NCBI GenBank assembly: GCA_033763455.1
Contig: JANRKO010000087.1
Span: 1-62,522 of the forward strand
Origin: Polyangiaceae bacterium
GTDB taxonomy: Bacteria; Myxococcota_A; Polyangia; Polyangiales; Polyangiaceae
Length of the DNA stretch: 62,522 nt
Direction of reading: 5' to 3'
In this document: one piece after another, positions 52,963 through 62,289 of the stretch
How positions within the stretch are numbered: position 1 is the first letter of the stretch
Layout of the letters: each line of letters begins with the position of its first letter
Notes under the pieces: generated by a model
The model's database searches: none
The model's input: only the letters and a program-made list of their open reading frames with translations
Told to the model about the DNA's origin: nothing
Made by a program: the position numbers and the translations under genes

Positions 52963-54639
52963 ATGAGCTACACCCAAAGACAGTACCAAGACGGCGAAAC
53001 CATCGCCGGGACCCGATTCCGGGTGCTGGGCCTGTTGGGAGTTGGTGGCATGGGCGCCGTGTATGACGTGGAGCATACCGAGCTCGGCAAGCGCTTCGTG
53101 TTGAAGACTTTACATCAGAGTCTTTCCACGAGCGACGAATTGGTCGCACGCCTGCGCAACGAATGGCGTGCGCTTGGGCGTTTGGCCCACCCGAACATCG
53201 TGAACGTTACGGACGCTGGCACCACCGCCGATGGCAGTGCCTACTACGTGATGGAGCGCTTGGAGGGCGAACCTCTCTCTTCGCGCATGAGCCGCGTAGG
53301 GCGGCACACGTTGCTCGAAGCTATCGCCATTGCTGAGGGTATCCTTCACGCTCTGGGAGCAGCGCACGAGATCGGCGTCATCCACCGCGACGTGAAGCCA
53401 CCAAACGTATTCGTGCTCACCGATGGCACCGTGAAGCTGCTAGATTTCGGGATTGCCAAGGTGGCCGAATCAGAAGTGGGGCCCATCACGATGCGCGGTA
53501 TTGCGATCGGCACGCCGCGCTATATGGCGCCGGAGCAAGCGCGTGGCGATACGGTAGATAGCCGCGCGGATCTCTATGCAACGGGATTAATTTTGTTCGA
53601 ATTAGTTGCAGGGGCGAGCCCTTTTGAGGGTTCGCGGGACGCCAACGAGCTGCTCATCGCGCAGCTCACCAAAGAGCCCCCGTCGCTTCGGAGCTTGGTG
53701 CCAACAGTGCCTGTGGAATTCGACGAGTTAGTGCACAGCTTGCTAGCGAAAGAAGCGAAGAAACGCCCTGCTACTGCTCAAGAGGTGCTGCGGCGCCTGG
53801 AGGCCATCGCTGCCAAAAACGACCCACGGATCTCTGGAGCCCCTCCCCAAGTGGCCGTGCATGGCGTGCACGCGTTAACGCCATCGGCGCGGCAGCGCAT
53901 CGCAGAGAGCGCCACTGTTTTCCAGGAGGTAGTGTCCGACGCTTCACGCTCACAACGCTTGGTCCCAACTTTGCCCTTGCCTGCCGGCGAGAATTTCCGC
54001 TCTCCGAATTCCGCATCGCCTCGCGATAGTGCGCCGCCTACGCACACACGGTCGCCGCAAGATCTCGGTGCCACCTTGGGCACATTAGCCTCCCCGGCTA
54101 TGGGTTCTCCGCTGCCGCAATCTACACCGCCGCCGCTGTCGTCGACGATGTCGCATCCAGCGCCAGGCACGGGGGCACGCAAGTGGTTATTGGGCGCATT
54201 GATAGGGAGTGGCTCGGCCGCGGTTGCTTTCACGCTCGTGATGGCCTCCGGGGTGCTATCCAACCCCGCGCCCGAACCACTGGCTCCTTTAGCGGCGGCA
54301 CCGTCGCCGACCGTGACCTCGCCCCCCCCTGCGGCCGCCCCCAAAGAGGTCCTTCCCGAGTCCCCGGCTAAGACCCTACCTGTCGCGCCAGCAGCGGCAG
54401 CTACTGTCGAAGCGGTGCAGGCCGCGCCCGCAGCATCAGCGCCGTCGGCTCCAGCTCCGGCGCGCCCAAAAGCCGCGAAAAATGCACCATCTGGGCCCCC
54501 CAAGCCGGCGGCCAAGCCGGAAGCGCCTGTTTCGGAGCCGCCGAAGTCCGTCCGAGTCGAACCGCGGGCCACCTCCGAATCCATCAGCAACGAGCGCTCC
54601 GCGCCGGCGCGGAGCAAGCTACCGGTTTCTGGCCTCTGA
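52963..54639 (+). CDS. Membrane-anchored Ser/Thr protein kinase
   Basis: LGVGGMGAVY, HRDVKPPN, DFGIAK and GTPRYMAPE, then a TM helix and a Pro/Ala-rich tail. Confidence 0.95.
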   Translation: MSYTQRQYQDGETIAGTRFRVLGLLGVGGMGAVYDVEHTELGKRFVLKTLHQSLSTSDELVARLRNEWRALGRLAHPNIVNVTDAGTTADGSAYYVMERLEGEPLSSRMSRVGRHTLLEAIAIAEGILHALGAAHEIGVIHRDVKPPNVFVLTDGTVKLLDFGIAKVAESEVGPITMRGIAIGTPRYMAPEQARGDTVDSRADLYATGLILFELVAGASPFEGSRDANELLIAQLTKEPPSLRSLVPTVPVEFDELVHSLLAKEAKKRPATAQEVLRRLEAIAAKNDPRISGAPPQVAVHGVHALTPSARQRIAESATVFQEVVSDASRSQRLVPTLPLPAGENFRSPNSASPRDSAPPTHTRSPQDLGATLGTLASPAMGSPLPQSTPPPLSSTMSHPAPGTGARKWLLGALIGSGSAAVAFTLVMASGVLSNPAPEPLAPLAAAPSPTVTSPPPAAAPKEVLPESPAKTLPVAPAAAATVEAVQAAPAASAPSAPAPARPKAAKNAPSGPPKPAAKPEAPVSEPPKSVRVEPRATSESISNERSAPARSKLPVSGL

Positions 54640-54644
54640 AGTGC

Positions 54645-54673
54645 TGGACTCCCGGCCGCGCTTGCCCTAGGTT
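54645..54673 (+). promoter_or_regulatory. Promoter of rpsB-tsf
   Basis: TGGACT-N17-TAGGTT followed by a GC-rich discriminator (GCGCCCCC). Confidence 0.55.
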
Positions 54674-54711
54674 TCGCGCCCCCAACGACCCACCCACTCC
54701 CGGGTGAGCCG

Positions 54712-54790
54712 AAAACACACGCCCCCCACGCGACTTCAGATTCGGTGCCCCTTTTCGGGGTTGGTCTGAAAAGGGGCGGAGGAAACAACC
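54712..54790 (+). ncRNA. rpsB leader / t44 RNA (S2 autoregulatory element)
   Basis: ACACAC-GCCCC...TTCAGA..CGGTG-CCCC(TTTTC)GGGG..TCTGAA..GGGGC-GGAGG..AACC matches the known rpsB leader layout directly upstream of rpsB. Confidence 0.85.
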
Positions 54791-54809
54791 GGAAGGAGCT
54801 TAAAGCGTC

Positions 54810-55694
54810 ATGAGTGAAACCATTGAGAATCAAGAAAATACGCCCGTAGAGCCCACTGCAACTCAAATGCTCCGCACCATGCGGGACCCGAGCGCACCGA
54901 TGACCGTGCGCGAGTTGTTCGACGCTGGCGTTCACTTCGGCCACCAAACCAAGCGTTGGAACCCGAAGATGCGCCCGTACATCTACGGCGCGCGCAGCGG
55001 CGTGCACATCGTCGATCTCGATCAGACGGCACGCCTCTTCAAGAAGGCTTTTGACTTCATCAACGACACGGTAGCCCGTGGCGGCTCGGTGCTCTTCGTG
55101 GGCACCAAGCGCCAGGCTCAGGAAATCGTCCGCGAAGAAGCGATGCGTAGCAATATGTTCTACGTCACCAACCGTTGGCTCGGTGGCACGCTCACGAATT
55201 TCCGCACCATCAAGCAGGGCCTCGATCGTTTGCGCAGCCTGGAGCGCATGCGCGAAGACGGCACCTACGAGCAGATCCCCAAAAAGGAGACCGTTCGCCT
55301 CGAAAAAGAGCGCGCTCGCCTCGAGAAGTACATTGGTGGATTGAAGGGCATGGGCTCGCTCCCGCAGGTCATTTTTATCGTCGATCCGACGCAGGAGCAG
55401 ATTGCCGTGGCCGAAGCGCGCAAGCTGAAGATCCCGCTCGTAGCCATCACGGATACCAACTGCGATCCGGATGCGATCGATTTCCCCATCCCCGGCAACG
55501 ACGACGCCATTCGCTCGGTACGTTTGCTCACGGGCGCCGTGGCAGATGCGTGTGCACTCGGCACCTTGCGTCGCCGTGAATTCAACCAAGCTCGCGGTGA
55601 GCGCGGCGAAGGTGGCGGCCAGCAGGGCCAGCGCCAAGAGCAAGCCCAAGTTTACCAAGCTCCCCGGATGCGTCAGACGGAAAGTGTTGGGTGA
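54810..55694 (+). CDS. rpsB: 30S ribosomal protein S2
   Basis: [31 protein letters not shown] and PGNDDAIRS. Confidence 0.98.
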   Translation: MSETIENQENTPVEPTATQMLRTMRDPSAPMTVRELFDAGVHFGHQTKRWNPKMRPYIYGARSGVHIVDLDQTARLFKKAFDFINDTVARGGSVLFVGTKRQAQEIVREEAMRSNMFYVTNRWLGGTLTNFRTIKQGLDRLRSLERMREDGTYEQIPKKETVRLEKERARLEKYIGGLKGMGSLPQVIFIVDPTQEQIAVAEARKLKIPLVAITDTNCDPDAIDFPIPGNDDAIRSVRLLTGAVADACALGTLRRREFNQARGERGEGGGQQGQRQEQAQVYQAPRMRQTESVG

Positions 55695-55703
55695 GGAGAA
55701 GCC

Positions 55704-56636
55704 ATGTCTCAAGTAAGCATGCAGCAAGTTAAGGAACTTCGTGACCGGACCCAGGCGGGTCTCAATGATTGCAAGGCGGCGCTCGTGGAAGCCGCGGGCG
55801 ACATGGAGAAGGCCGTTGAGGTTATCCTGAAGAAAGGCCTCGCCAAGAGCGCCAAACGCGCGGGAGCTGTCGCATCCGAGGGCGTTGTGGTGGCCAGAGT
55901 GGCGGCCGATCTGCACAGCGCGGTGATCGCAGAAGTGAACATCCAGACCGATTTCGCCGCACGGAATGAGAATTTCCTCGCGTTTGCAGAGGCCGTTCTC
56001 ACCGTGGCAAGCGCCGCCAAACAAGGCGCAGATCTCGGTGCGGAGAAGTACCCGGGCAGCAACACCACCGTGGAAGAAACGCGCCAGGCGCTGGTCGGAA
56101 CGCTCGGTGAGAACATCACCGTTCGCCGTTGGGATCGCGTGGCCGTTGATGGCGCAGGCCGCGTGCACTCCTATGTCCACATGGGAGGCAAGATCGGCGT
56201 TCTTCTGGGCGCTCGCCTGGGCGATAAAGCTGCAGAATCCAAGCCCGAGTTTGGTCAATTCTTGGAAGACGCAGCGATGCAAATCGCCGCCATGGGTCCG
56301 CTCTTTCTCAAAGCGAGCCTCGTTCCCGAAGATGCCAAGAAGAAGCAAGCGGATATCTACGACGCTCAGCTCGCCGAAGAAGGCAAACCCGAGGCTGCTC
56401 GCCCGAAGATCATTGAAGGCAAGCTCAGCAAGTGGATGAAGGAAGTTTGCCTGCTCGAACAACCGAGCGTGATGGAGAGCGAAAAGACGGTGGACGCCAT
56501 TCGCGCTGACGTTGAGAAGAAGCTCGGCACCACGCTGGAGCTCGTGCAATTCGTTCGCTTCGAGCGCGGCGAAGGCATTGAGAAGCCCGTGGGTGCAGAC
56601 TTCGCGACGGAAGTCGCGAAGATGGCCGGTGGCTGA
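55704..56636 (+). CDS. tsf: Elongation factor Ts
   Basis: VKELRDRTQAGLNDCKAAL, EVNIQTDF, GENI, SYVH and FVRFERGEGIEK. Confidence 0.98.
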   Translation: MSQVSMQQVKELRDRTQAGLNDCKAALVEAAGDMEKAVEVILKKGLAKSAKRAGAVASEGVVVARVAADLHSAVIAEVNIQTDFAARNENFLAFAEAVLTVASAAKQGADLGAEKYPGSNTTVEETRQALVGTLGENITVRRWDRVAVDGAGRVHSYVHMGGKIGVLLGARLGDKAAESKPEFGQFLEDAAMQIAAMGPLFLKASLVPEDAKKKQADIYDAQLAEEGKPEAARPKIIEGKLSKWMKEVCLLEQPSVMESEKTVDAIRADVEKKLGTTLELVQFVRFERGEGIEKPVGADFATEVAKMAGG

Positions 56637-56921
56637 TACGGAGAGTGCGGCGCGAGGCACCCGCTGAGTCCCCTCGGGGGGCTGCTCCGGCCACCAGATC
56701 GGCTGCCTGAACGGCTGTTTCTGGGCGCTGGCCCCCAGGCCGCACATCGGTGTTCCAGCCTTCATTTTGCGCCAGCAACCTCTTGAATTTAAAGAAGAAT
56801 CTATCTTCTTAAGAACAGTGCTAGCCCTGCCGTTCATGGAGGGTTAGGCTGCCCTCCTCCTCCATGGGTGTTAGTTGTCAAGGCCCGCGCAAGCGGGCTT
56901 TGACGTATCTGGAGTCGAACA

Positions 56922-57878
56922 TTGAACGCCGCGCCTGAACAAGCAGCAGCCCAAAGGTTCACGGTGCAGAACCTTCTATTGCAAGGCGAGCTGCTGAAGA
57001 TCCTGAGTGCGCTCGATGGCGCCAACATCCCGTGCATCGTGCTGAAGGGGATCCCGCTCGCGAAGCGCCTCAAGGTGACGCTGAACGAACGACGCATTCT
57101 GGATAATGATCTGTTGTTGCATCGCGAAGATGTGCCGCGGGCTGTGCAGGTCTTGGCGGAGCTAGGGTACGCCCCGCGTCCATTTTCAGAGCTCGAGGTG
57201 GACCTAAAGTGGTGGTTCCAGCACATACTCTGTGCTCGGCGCCACCAGCAGTCTGTGATTGTCGAAGTGCACTGGCAAGCCTTCAGCCCCACGCTCTTTC
57301 AAGTGGACGAAGGGCTAGCCTGGCAGCACACCAAAATCGTGGAACTTGATGGCCGCCCCGTTCAAGTTTTCGACGACGCGCTCACGCTCATTCACCTGGC
57401 GGCTCACTACCTCCAGCATTCGTTCCACGAGGCCCGCATCCTGCGCGACGTGGCGCGCGCCTGGAACGCTTTCGGAAAGGAGCTTAACTTGGGCGAGCTT
57501 CGTGAGCTGGCCCGCAAAACGGACTGCCTGCTGGCTCTCGAATTTGCGCTCGCGACGGCGGCCGAGCTGGGCTTAATTGCCGAAAATCCGCTAACTCCTT
57601 CGAGCCGCGTGAAACTCGTGCAGCGATTGCTATCGAACCAGAATTTGGCAGAGGACAGTGGCAAGCGAGATTACTCGCGCACTCTCCCAAGCTTACTCTT
57701 GGGGAACCCTGTGAGCGTGGCGAGCTGGCTCAAACGCGCGGTATTGCCCCCACTAGAACTCATGCCCTTGTTGTACAAAGAGGAGAAGTCCTGGCGGCTG
57801 TACGCGCGGTACTTGAGCCGCCCCTTGCGGCCATTGGCGCGCGCTTTGGGGGCGAGGTTGGACGAGCAGGCACGGTAA
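56922..57878 (+). CDS. Nucleotidyltransferase family protein (NTP_transf_5 type)
   Basis: IVLKG..LA, R...DNDLLL, VEVHW and LIHLAAH...LRD. Confidence 0.85.
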   Translation: MNAAPEQAAAQRFTVQNLLLQGELLKILSALDGANIPCIVLKGIPLAKRLKVTLNERRILDNDLLLHREDVPRAVQVLAELGYAPRPFSELEVDLKWWFQHILCARRHQQSVIVEVHWQAFSPTLFQVDEGLAWQHTKIVELDGRPVQVFDDALTLIHLAAHYLQHSFHEARILRDVARAWNAFGKELNLGELRELARKTDCLLALEFALATAAELGLIAENPLTPSSRVKLVQRLLSNQNLAEDSGKRDYSRTLPSLLLGNPVSVASWLKRAVLPPLELMPLLYKEEKSWRLYARYLSRPLRPLARALGARLDEQAR

Positions 57879-57975
57879 AGCGGGGGGGCTCTGTTCAAGA
57901 GAACGCGGGGTCGTAGCCTCCGCCAGCGGAGCTTTCCGGCAGTCCAACGATTGCAGGCTGTGTTAGAAGCCGTTC

Positions 57976-59592
57976 GTGAGGTCTGAAGCTAGTTCGCCAC
58001 AGCCGTTAGGCGAGGGGTCTACGTGGCAACTCGCTGGGGCAGCGCTTGTCTTTAGCGCCCTATCGGCGTGCGTAGCCCTGACGTTTCGTGACTACGGAAT
58101 CACTTGGGATGAATACGTTCAGCAGAACTACGGCGAGCGGGTTTTTCGCTACTTTTCTTCGAGCTTCAGGGACCTTTCAGCGACCGAATACCTTGACCTG
58201 TACGCGTATGGCGGCTCCTTTGATCTGCTCGCGGTGTTGCTCCAGAAGCTCGTCCGGTTGGACCCGTATGATGTTCGCCATGGGTTGAATGCCTTCGTTG
58301 GTCTAGTGGGCATAGCGGGAACTTACAGACTCGCCGCAGGCATCAAGGGCCCACGTGCCGGCCTTTTGGCTCTCATGTTTCTGGCGAGTTGCCCGCGATG
58401 GTGGGGGCACATGTTTGCCAACCCCAAGGACATCCCGTTCGCTGCGGGCTTTGTCTGGGCCCTGCTCTACCTGAGGGAAGTTGGAAAAAGAATCCCCAGC
58501 GTTCCGCTCTCCTTGTGGGTGAAGCTTGGTGTTGCAATCGGGGTGACACTCTCCATAAGGGTCGGAGGAGTTCTGCTATTTGCCTTCTTGGGTCTTGAAT
58601 TGGCATGGCAGATGTTTCGCACCCCGCCACGCTTGTGGCACGTCGGGATCTTTCGTTGCGCGCCGCAGGCCGTTTCTACAGTCGTCATAGCCTGGGTTAT
58701 CATGGTAGCGGCCTGGCCCTGGGCTCATCGTTCGCCCCTTGCCAACCCGGTGCGAGCATTCCTGCTGTTCGCGCACTTTCCTTCGCGCGGAATGAACCTC
58801 ATGGCGGGAAAGGAGCATTTCTCGGGGGCACCGCCGTATGACTATGGTCTCCACTGGTTTGGCGTGACCATTCCGGAACTCCATATTGTGGTTCTGGTAG
58901 CAGGGGCGTGTTTGGCGGCCTTTGCGGTGGCGCGCCGTGCGAGGCATCAGCTCTCCATAAGTGGTGATGTAGTCCGTCTATGTCTGGTCGTCAGTCTCCC
59001 CGAGCTCTACATCTCTTTGTCAAAGGCGACGTTGCTCGACGAGGTGAGGCACAGCTTGTTCGTTCTCCCGCCCCTGATGGTGCTCGCGGCTATCAGCTTC
59101 GATTCGCTGATGTCAAAGCTCCCGCGCAATCTTAAAATCTTGGGGCTCGCAGCCTGTGTGGCATGGGGCGGGGATCACCTTCGCCACGTGGTGACCCTTC
59201 ACCCCTACGAAATGGTCTATTTCAACCGCTTCGTAGGACGCCTCAACGGCGCTGCTGACTCGTACGAAACGGACTATTGGGGAAGCAGCTTTCGGGAAGC
59301 GGCGCGTCGCCTTAACGAACTGGTGCCTCGTCGTCGGCCATTTGACGGTCGAAACGGCGATCGATGGCTCGTCTCGGGATGCGGCAGTCCAACCAGCTGG
59401 TCGCATTATTTGGGGCCACAGTTCAAGGTCGCGCTCGATCCTAGTTCGGCCGACTTCTTCTTCGTGCACAAGCGGTGGCATTGTGACGAGCGGTTTCGTG
59501 GGACGCGCCTCCTCTCGGTGGAACGTTTCGGGGTTTCGCTTAGCTCTGTTGTGCGTGCTGCAGAGGGTATCGATGCCGAATTGGCAAAGTAG
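57976..59592 (+). CDS. Polytopic GT-C glycosyltransferase (GT39/ArnT-PMT-like)
   Basis: DYGITWDE acidic motif after TM1, NPKDIPF, many TM helices and HPYEMVYFN...ETDYWG. Confidence 0.85.
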   Translation: MRSEASSPQPLGEGSTWQLAGAALVFSALSACVALTFRDYGITWDEYVQQNYGERVFRYFSSSFRDLSATEYLDLYAYGGSFDLLAVLLQKLVRLDPYDVRHGLNAFVGLVGIAGTYRLAAGIKGPRAGLLALMFLASCPRWWGHMFANPKDIPFAAGFVWALLYLREVGKRIPSVPLSLWVKLGVAIGVTLSIRVGGVLLFAFLGLELAWQMFRTPPRLWHVGIFRCAPQAVSTVVIAWVIMVAAWPWAHRSPLANPVRAFLLFAHFPSRGMNLMAGKEHFSGAPPYDYGLHWFGVTIPELHIVVLVAGACLAAFAVARRARHQLSISGDVVRLCLVVSLPELYISLSKATLLDEVRHSLFVLPPLMVLAAISFDSLMSKLPRNLKILGLAACVAWGGDHLRHVVTLHPYEMVYFNRFVGRLNGAADSYETDYWGSSFREAARRLNELVPRRRPFDGRNGDRWLVSGCGSPTSWSHYLGPQFKVALDPSSADFFFVHKRWHCDERFRGTRLLSVERFGVSLSSVVRAAEGIDAELAK

Positions 59593-59733
59593 AAGGCCTG
59601 GGATGCGCTTGTTTAGGGTGGGAATGTGAGTGTGCAAAGCGAATCTCCACGCGTAGCGCTTAGTTGTTAGCTCGCATCTTTCGTCACGACGGGGCGCCGT
59701 GAGGTGTTACACCAACTTGCAACTAACAGTTAA

Positions 59734-59806
59734 TGCTGCCTCGTAGTCCGGAGAAAGAGCGGCCGTCCGTGCTCGCGTTGCGGCGTGCGGTCGAGGCCCT
59801 CAAACC
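59734..59806. repeat. 73-bp direct repeat, family B copy 1
   Basis: 63/73 identical, ungapped, to 61609-61681 by manual alignment. Confidence 0.9.
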
Positions 59807-59814
59807 GCGCAAAC

Positions 59815-61533
59815 CTAATTAGAAACGACTTCCGTGGACCACTTGAAGTCGTCCACGAGCACGGTGGAGTCGAGCTTATTGTCTCCTGAGTCCCAGACAG
59901 CGAACGAGACGTTCACCAATTCGCCTGGTAGTACGTTGCCGCGGATGGTTCTCCAGCCTGTGGAAGCTCCGCGGAGCGCATTACTAGTACACGCACCTGG
60001 GGTCGGCGTGTCGAAGCCAGTGCCTAAAAGTGCGCTAGTGCCTGTGCAGTCCGAATAATTGGAGGTGAGGGAGCCCTGGCACCCCACCAGGCCATTCACG
60101 CAGTTGGTGAAGTAGCCCGAGCTGCCCACGGCTAGGTTGGCACTGACCGGTAGCCATGGGCCTGATGGTGAGCTCAGTCGGACCCGTGCGATGTTGGTAT
60201 CCGGAGGGTTCAGCGGACTTGATGAATCCAACAAAACCACGAATTGGTCGGCGTAGGCCGAGCACACGCCCTCGGCGAAATCCGAGGTGTAGAACTGAAC
60301 CTGCACGGAAAACGAGTGCGCATTGGTGGGCACGCGCAGGGCGAGCGTTACCATGGCCGAATCGTAAGCGGTGTTCCCTTGGGCGATCGGTGGGCAACCG
60401 GGCGGAACTGGAACACTGCCACCATTGGCGAGGAGCCACGTGGCAGGAAGGGGACCCTCCTCACCCACACGCTGGCTTTGTGCCGGATCAAACCCCGCGT
60501 CGGCGGCAGCTGCGGCTCGTCCGGTCGATAACAGCATCATGCGTTGTCCTTCGCGTGCACTCACGTTGGGGCCGAAGCTCGGTCGATAGGTGAGTGCGCT
60601 CGCTTCAACGTAGCCGCTGCCGTCCGCCTGGGTGACAAAGCCGCCCAGGTATCCAGGGAGATGGCTCTCGGTGAAAAATTCCCCGCAAAGCCCCATTGCG
60701 TTGGCGGCAAACGCCGGCGTCTGACCATCCACCGGCAGCGAATCGTCACACGGAACAGGAGTGTCGTCGATGAACCCGTTGCAATCGTCGTCAACACCGT
60801 TGCCCAATTCGTCAAACCCTCCCGGATTAACGGCGAAAGGGTTCGCGCACTGCCCAGGCTTGTCGCAACAGTCCCCTGCGCAAATGGTGAAGCCATCGCC
60901 ATCTGCGTCATCAGCCGCATCATCAGCTTGGCCGCTGCAATCTTGGTCCAGCCCGTCCCCGCAGATGTCTTCTGTGGGCAACACCTGGCCCTGGCATGCA
61001 CCAAAACCAAGCCCCGAAGCCAGGCATGTTCGATGCCCGTTTTTGCAGGGAGCCACACCCAGTGTTTGCGCTGGACCATCAAAACAAGTGATCTGCTCGC
61101 CCGGCGTGCACGGCCCTTCTAACACCATTCCGCCGAAGCCCGCTTGTCCAGCCGTGCCCCCCATCACCGACCCCTGCCCGCCACGACCGCCGCTCCCCGC
61201 TGCACCTCCCGCCACGCTCCCACCCAAACCGAAGCCGCCAGAACCCGTGCCACCGCTCGGCATCGTTGGTGCACCACCGGCGTTTGTGAGCCCGCCCTCC
61301 GCGCCGCCACCCATTGCCGCCCCGCCGCCTAAACCCCCTGCGGCCCCGCCACCAATTCCGGCCACCGGCGCTCGCCCGCCCAACGCCGAGGAGCTGCCGC
61401 CTGAGAGAGTTCCGCCCGAAGCGGTCCCGCCGCTCGATGGTGTAGGCACTGAGGGGATGTTGCCGGAGCTACAGGCAAGGAACGATGCTGCAACTGCAAC
61501 TAAAGAGGATAACCTGAGATTGTGGGGGCGCAT
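59815..61533 (-). CDS. Cell-surface lipoprotein with a Gly-rich linker, Cys/Asp metal-binding repeats and a choice-of-anchor L-like domain
   Basis: FLAC lipobox, DGLDQDCSG and NGVDDDCNG repeats, LLSTG, RVPTNAHSF and FAVWDSGD..LDSTVLVDDFKW. Confidence 0.85.
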   Translation of the reverse strand: MRPHNLRLSSLVAVAASFLACSSGNIPSVPTPSSGGTASGGTLSGGSSSALGGRAPVAGIGGGAAGGLGGGAAMGGGAEGGLTNAGGAPTMPSGGTGSGGFGLGGSVAGGAAGSGGRGGQGSVMGGTAGQAGFGGMVLEGPCTPGEQITCFDGPAQTLGVAPCKNGHRTCLASGLGFGACQGQVLPTEDICGDGLDQDCSGQADDAADDADGDGFTICAGDCCDKPGQCANPFAVNPGGFDELGNGVDDDCNGFIDDTPVPCDDSLPVDGQTPAFAANAMGLCGEFFTESHLPGYLGGFVTQADGSGYVEASALTYRPSFGPNVSAREGQRMMLLSTGRAAAAADAGFDPAQSQRVGEEGPLPATWLLANGGSVPVPPGCPPIAQGNTAYDSAMVTLALRVPTNAHSFSVQVQFYTSDFAEGVCSAYADQFVVLLDSSSPLNPPDTNIARVRLSSPSGPWLPVSANLAVGSSGYFTNCVNGLVGCQGSLTSNYSDCTGTSALLGTGFDTPTPGACTSNALRGASTGWRTIRGNVLPGELVNVSFAVWDSGDNKLDSTVLVDDFKWSTEVVSN

Positions 61534-61608
61534 GACGGGTAAGGGGGCGAAGGTGCTGGACGGTATCGAATTTAGCCCATTGACCACAACCCTCGTATCG
61601 AGAATCGC

Positions 61609-61681
61609 TGCTCCCTCGTGGTACGGAGAGTGGGCGGCCGTCCGTGCTCGCTTCGCTGCGCGCGGTCGAGGCCCTCAAACC
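61609..61681. repeat. 73-bp direct repeat, family B copy 2 (followed by degenerate partial copies to about 61775)
   Basis: Matches 59734-59806; CGCTGCGCGC.G.CGAGG recurs near 61727 and GTACGGAGAG near 61759. Confidence 0.9.
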
Positions 61682-61918
61682 TGTGCTTGCGCTCCTGCTG
61701 TCCGGTCGCACGGGTCTGCCTTTTGCGCTGCGCGCAGGCGAGGGGCCTAGCGGCTGGGGTACGGAGAGGGGGCGCTCGGAGTCACAAGGTAACGTCTTCG
61801 CATTGAGTGTGCGTCGCTCTTCAACTATTCGCTCTCTTCGCGCAGAAATTCTCATGTCACGCATCACTGCGCAGTGAGGTCCGAAGCTCGGCACCTCCGC
61901 CGGGCTCAGGAGGTTTCT

Positions 61919-62271
61919 GTGCGAAGAGTCCAAAGAAAAAGAAGAGAAATTCTCGAAGGCCGCGCGGCCGTGATGCGCCTTGATTTGAATGGCTCCGAAG
62001 CGGCTCTGTGGCGCTAGCTCCGCGGCAGTAAGCTTGGAGTGGCATTTCGGCGCCAGGTCGTCGTCGGCGAATTTATCGCTGATTTCATGGCGCCATCCGC
62101 GAAACTCACCGTAGAAGTGGATGGGCGGCGTCATCTCAGCCGTGTCCGAAATAATGCTCGCAGAGATATAAAGCTCGGAAGGCTCGCCTTCCGTGTCGTC
62201 CGGCTACTGCATGAGGTTGTTCTGCGGAATATGCCTGCTCGGTCGCGCTTATCGAAAAAGCGCTGGCTGAG
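61919..62271 (+). pseudogene. DUF559 (Vsr-like) endonuclease pseudogene
   Basis: AGGAGG SD plus GTG at 61919; reads ...SEAALWR*LRGSKLGVAFRRQ...IADF...VEVDG..H...RD with an in-frame TAG at 62015-62017, a probable 1-nt deletion near 62240, and an IS at the 3' end. Confidence 0.85.
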
Positions 62272-62289
62272 TGTCACAGCTCGGGCTAA

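Noticed and set aside
53778..56837. 1019-aa minus-strand ORF
   Set aside because: It is the antisense shadow of the kinase, rpsB and tsf. It has no motifs, and long stop-free antisense frames are expected opposite GC-rich, codon-biased genes.
61609..61640. tRNA-Ser fragment or att site (GGAGAG.. / CTCTCCG)
   Set aside because: No T-loop, D-loop or cloverleaf is present; the similarity is limited to about 7 nt.
56637..61800. Integron cassette array
   Set aside because: There is no IntI (the only tyrosine recombinase is a typical XerD), the repeats lack attC core sites, and the genes are in mixed orientation.
62015..62017. Pyrrolysine or programmed amber readthrough
   Set aside because: The same gene has a frameshift, degenerate residues and an IS insertion. 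TAG is used as a normal stop elsewhere in the window and no pyl genes are seen.
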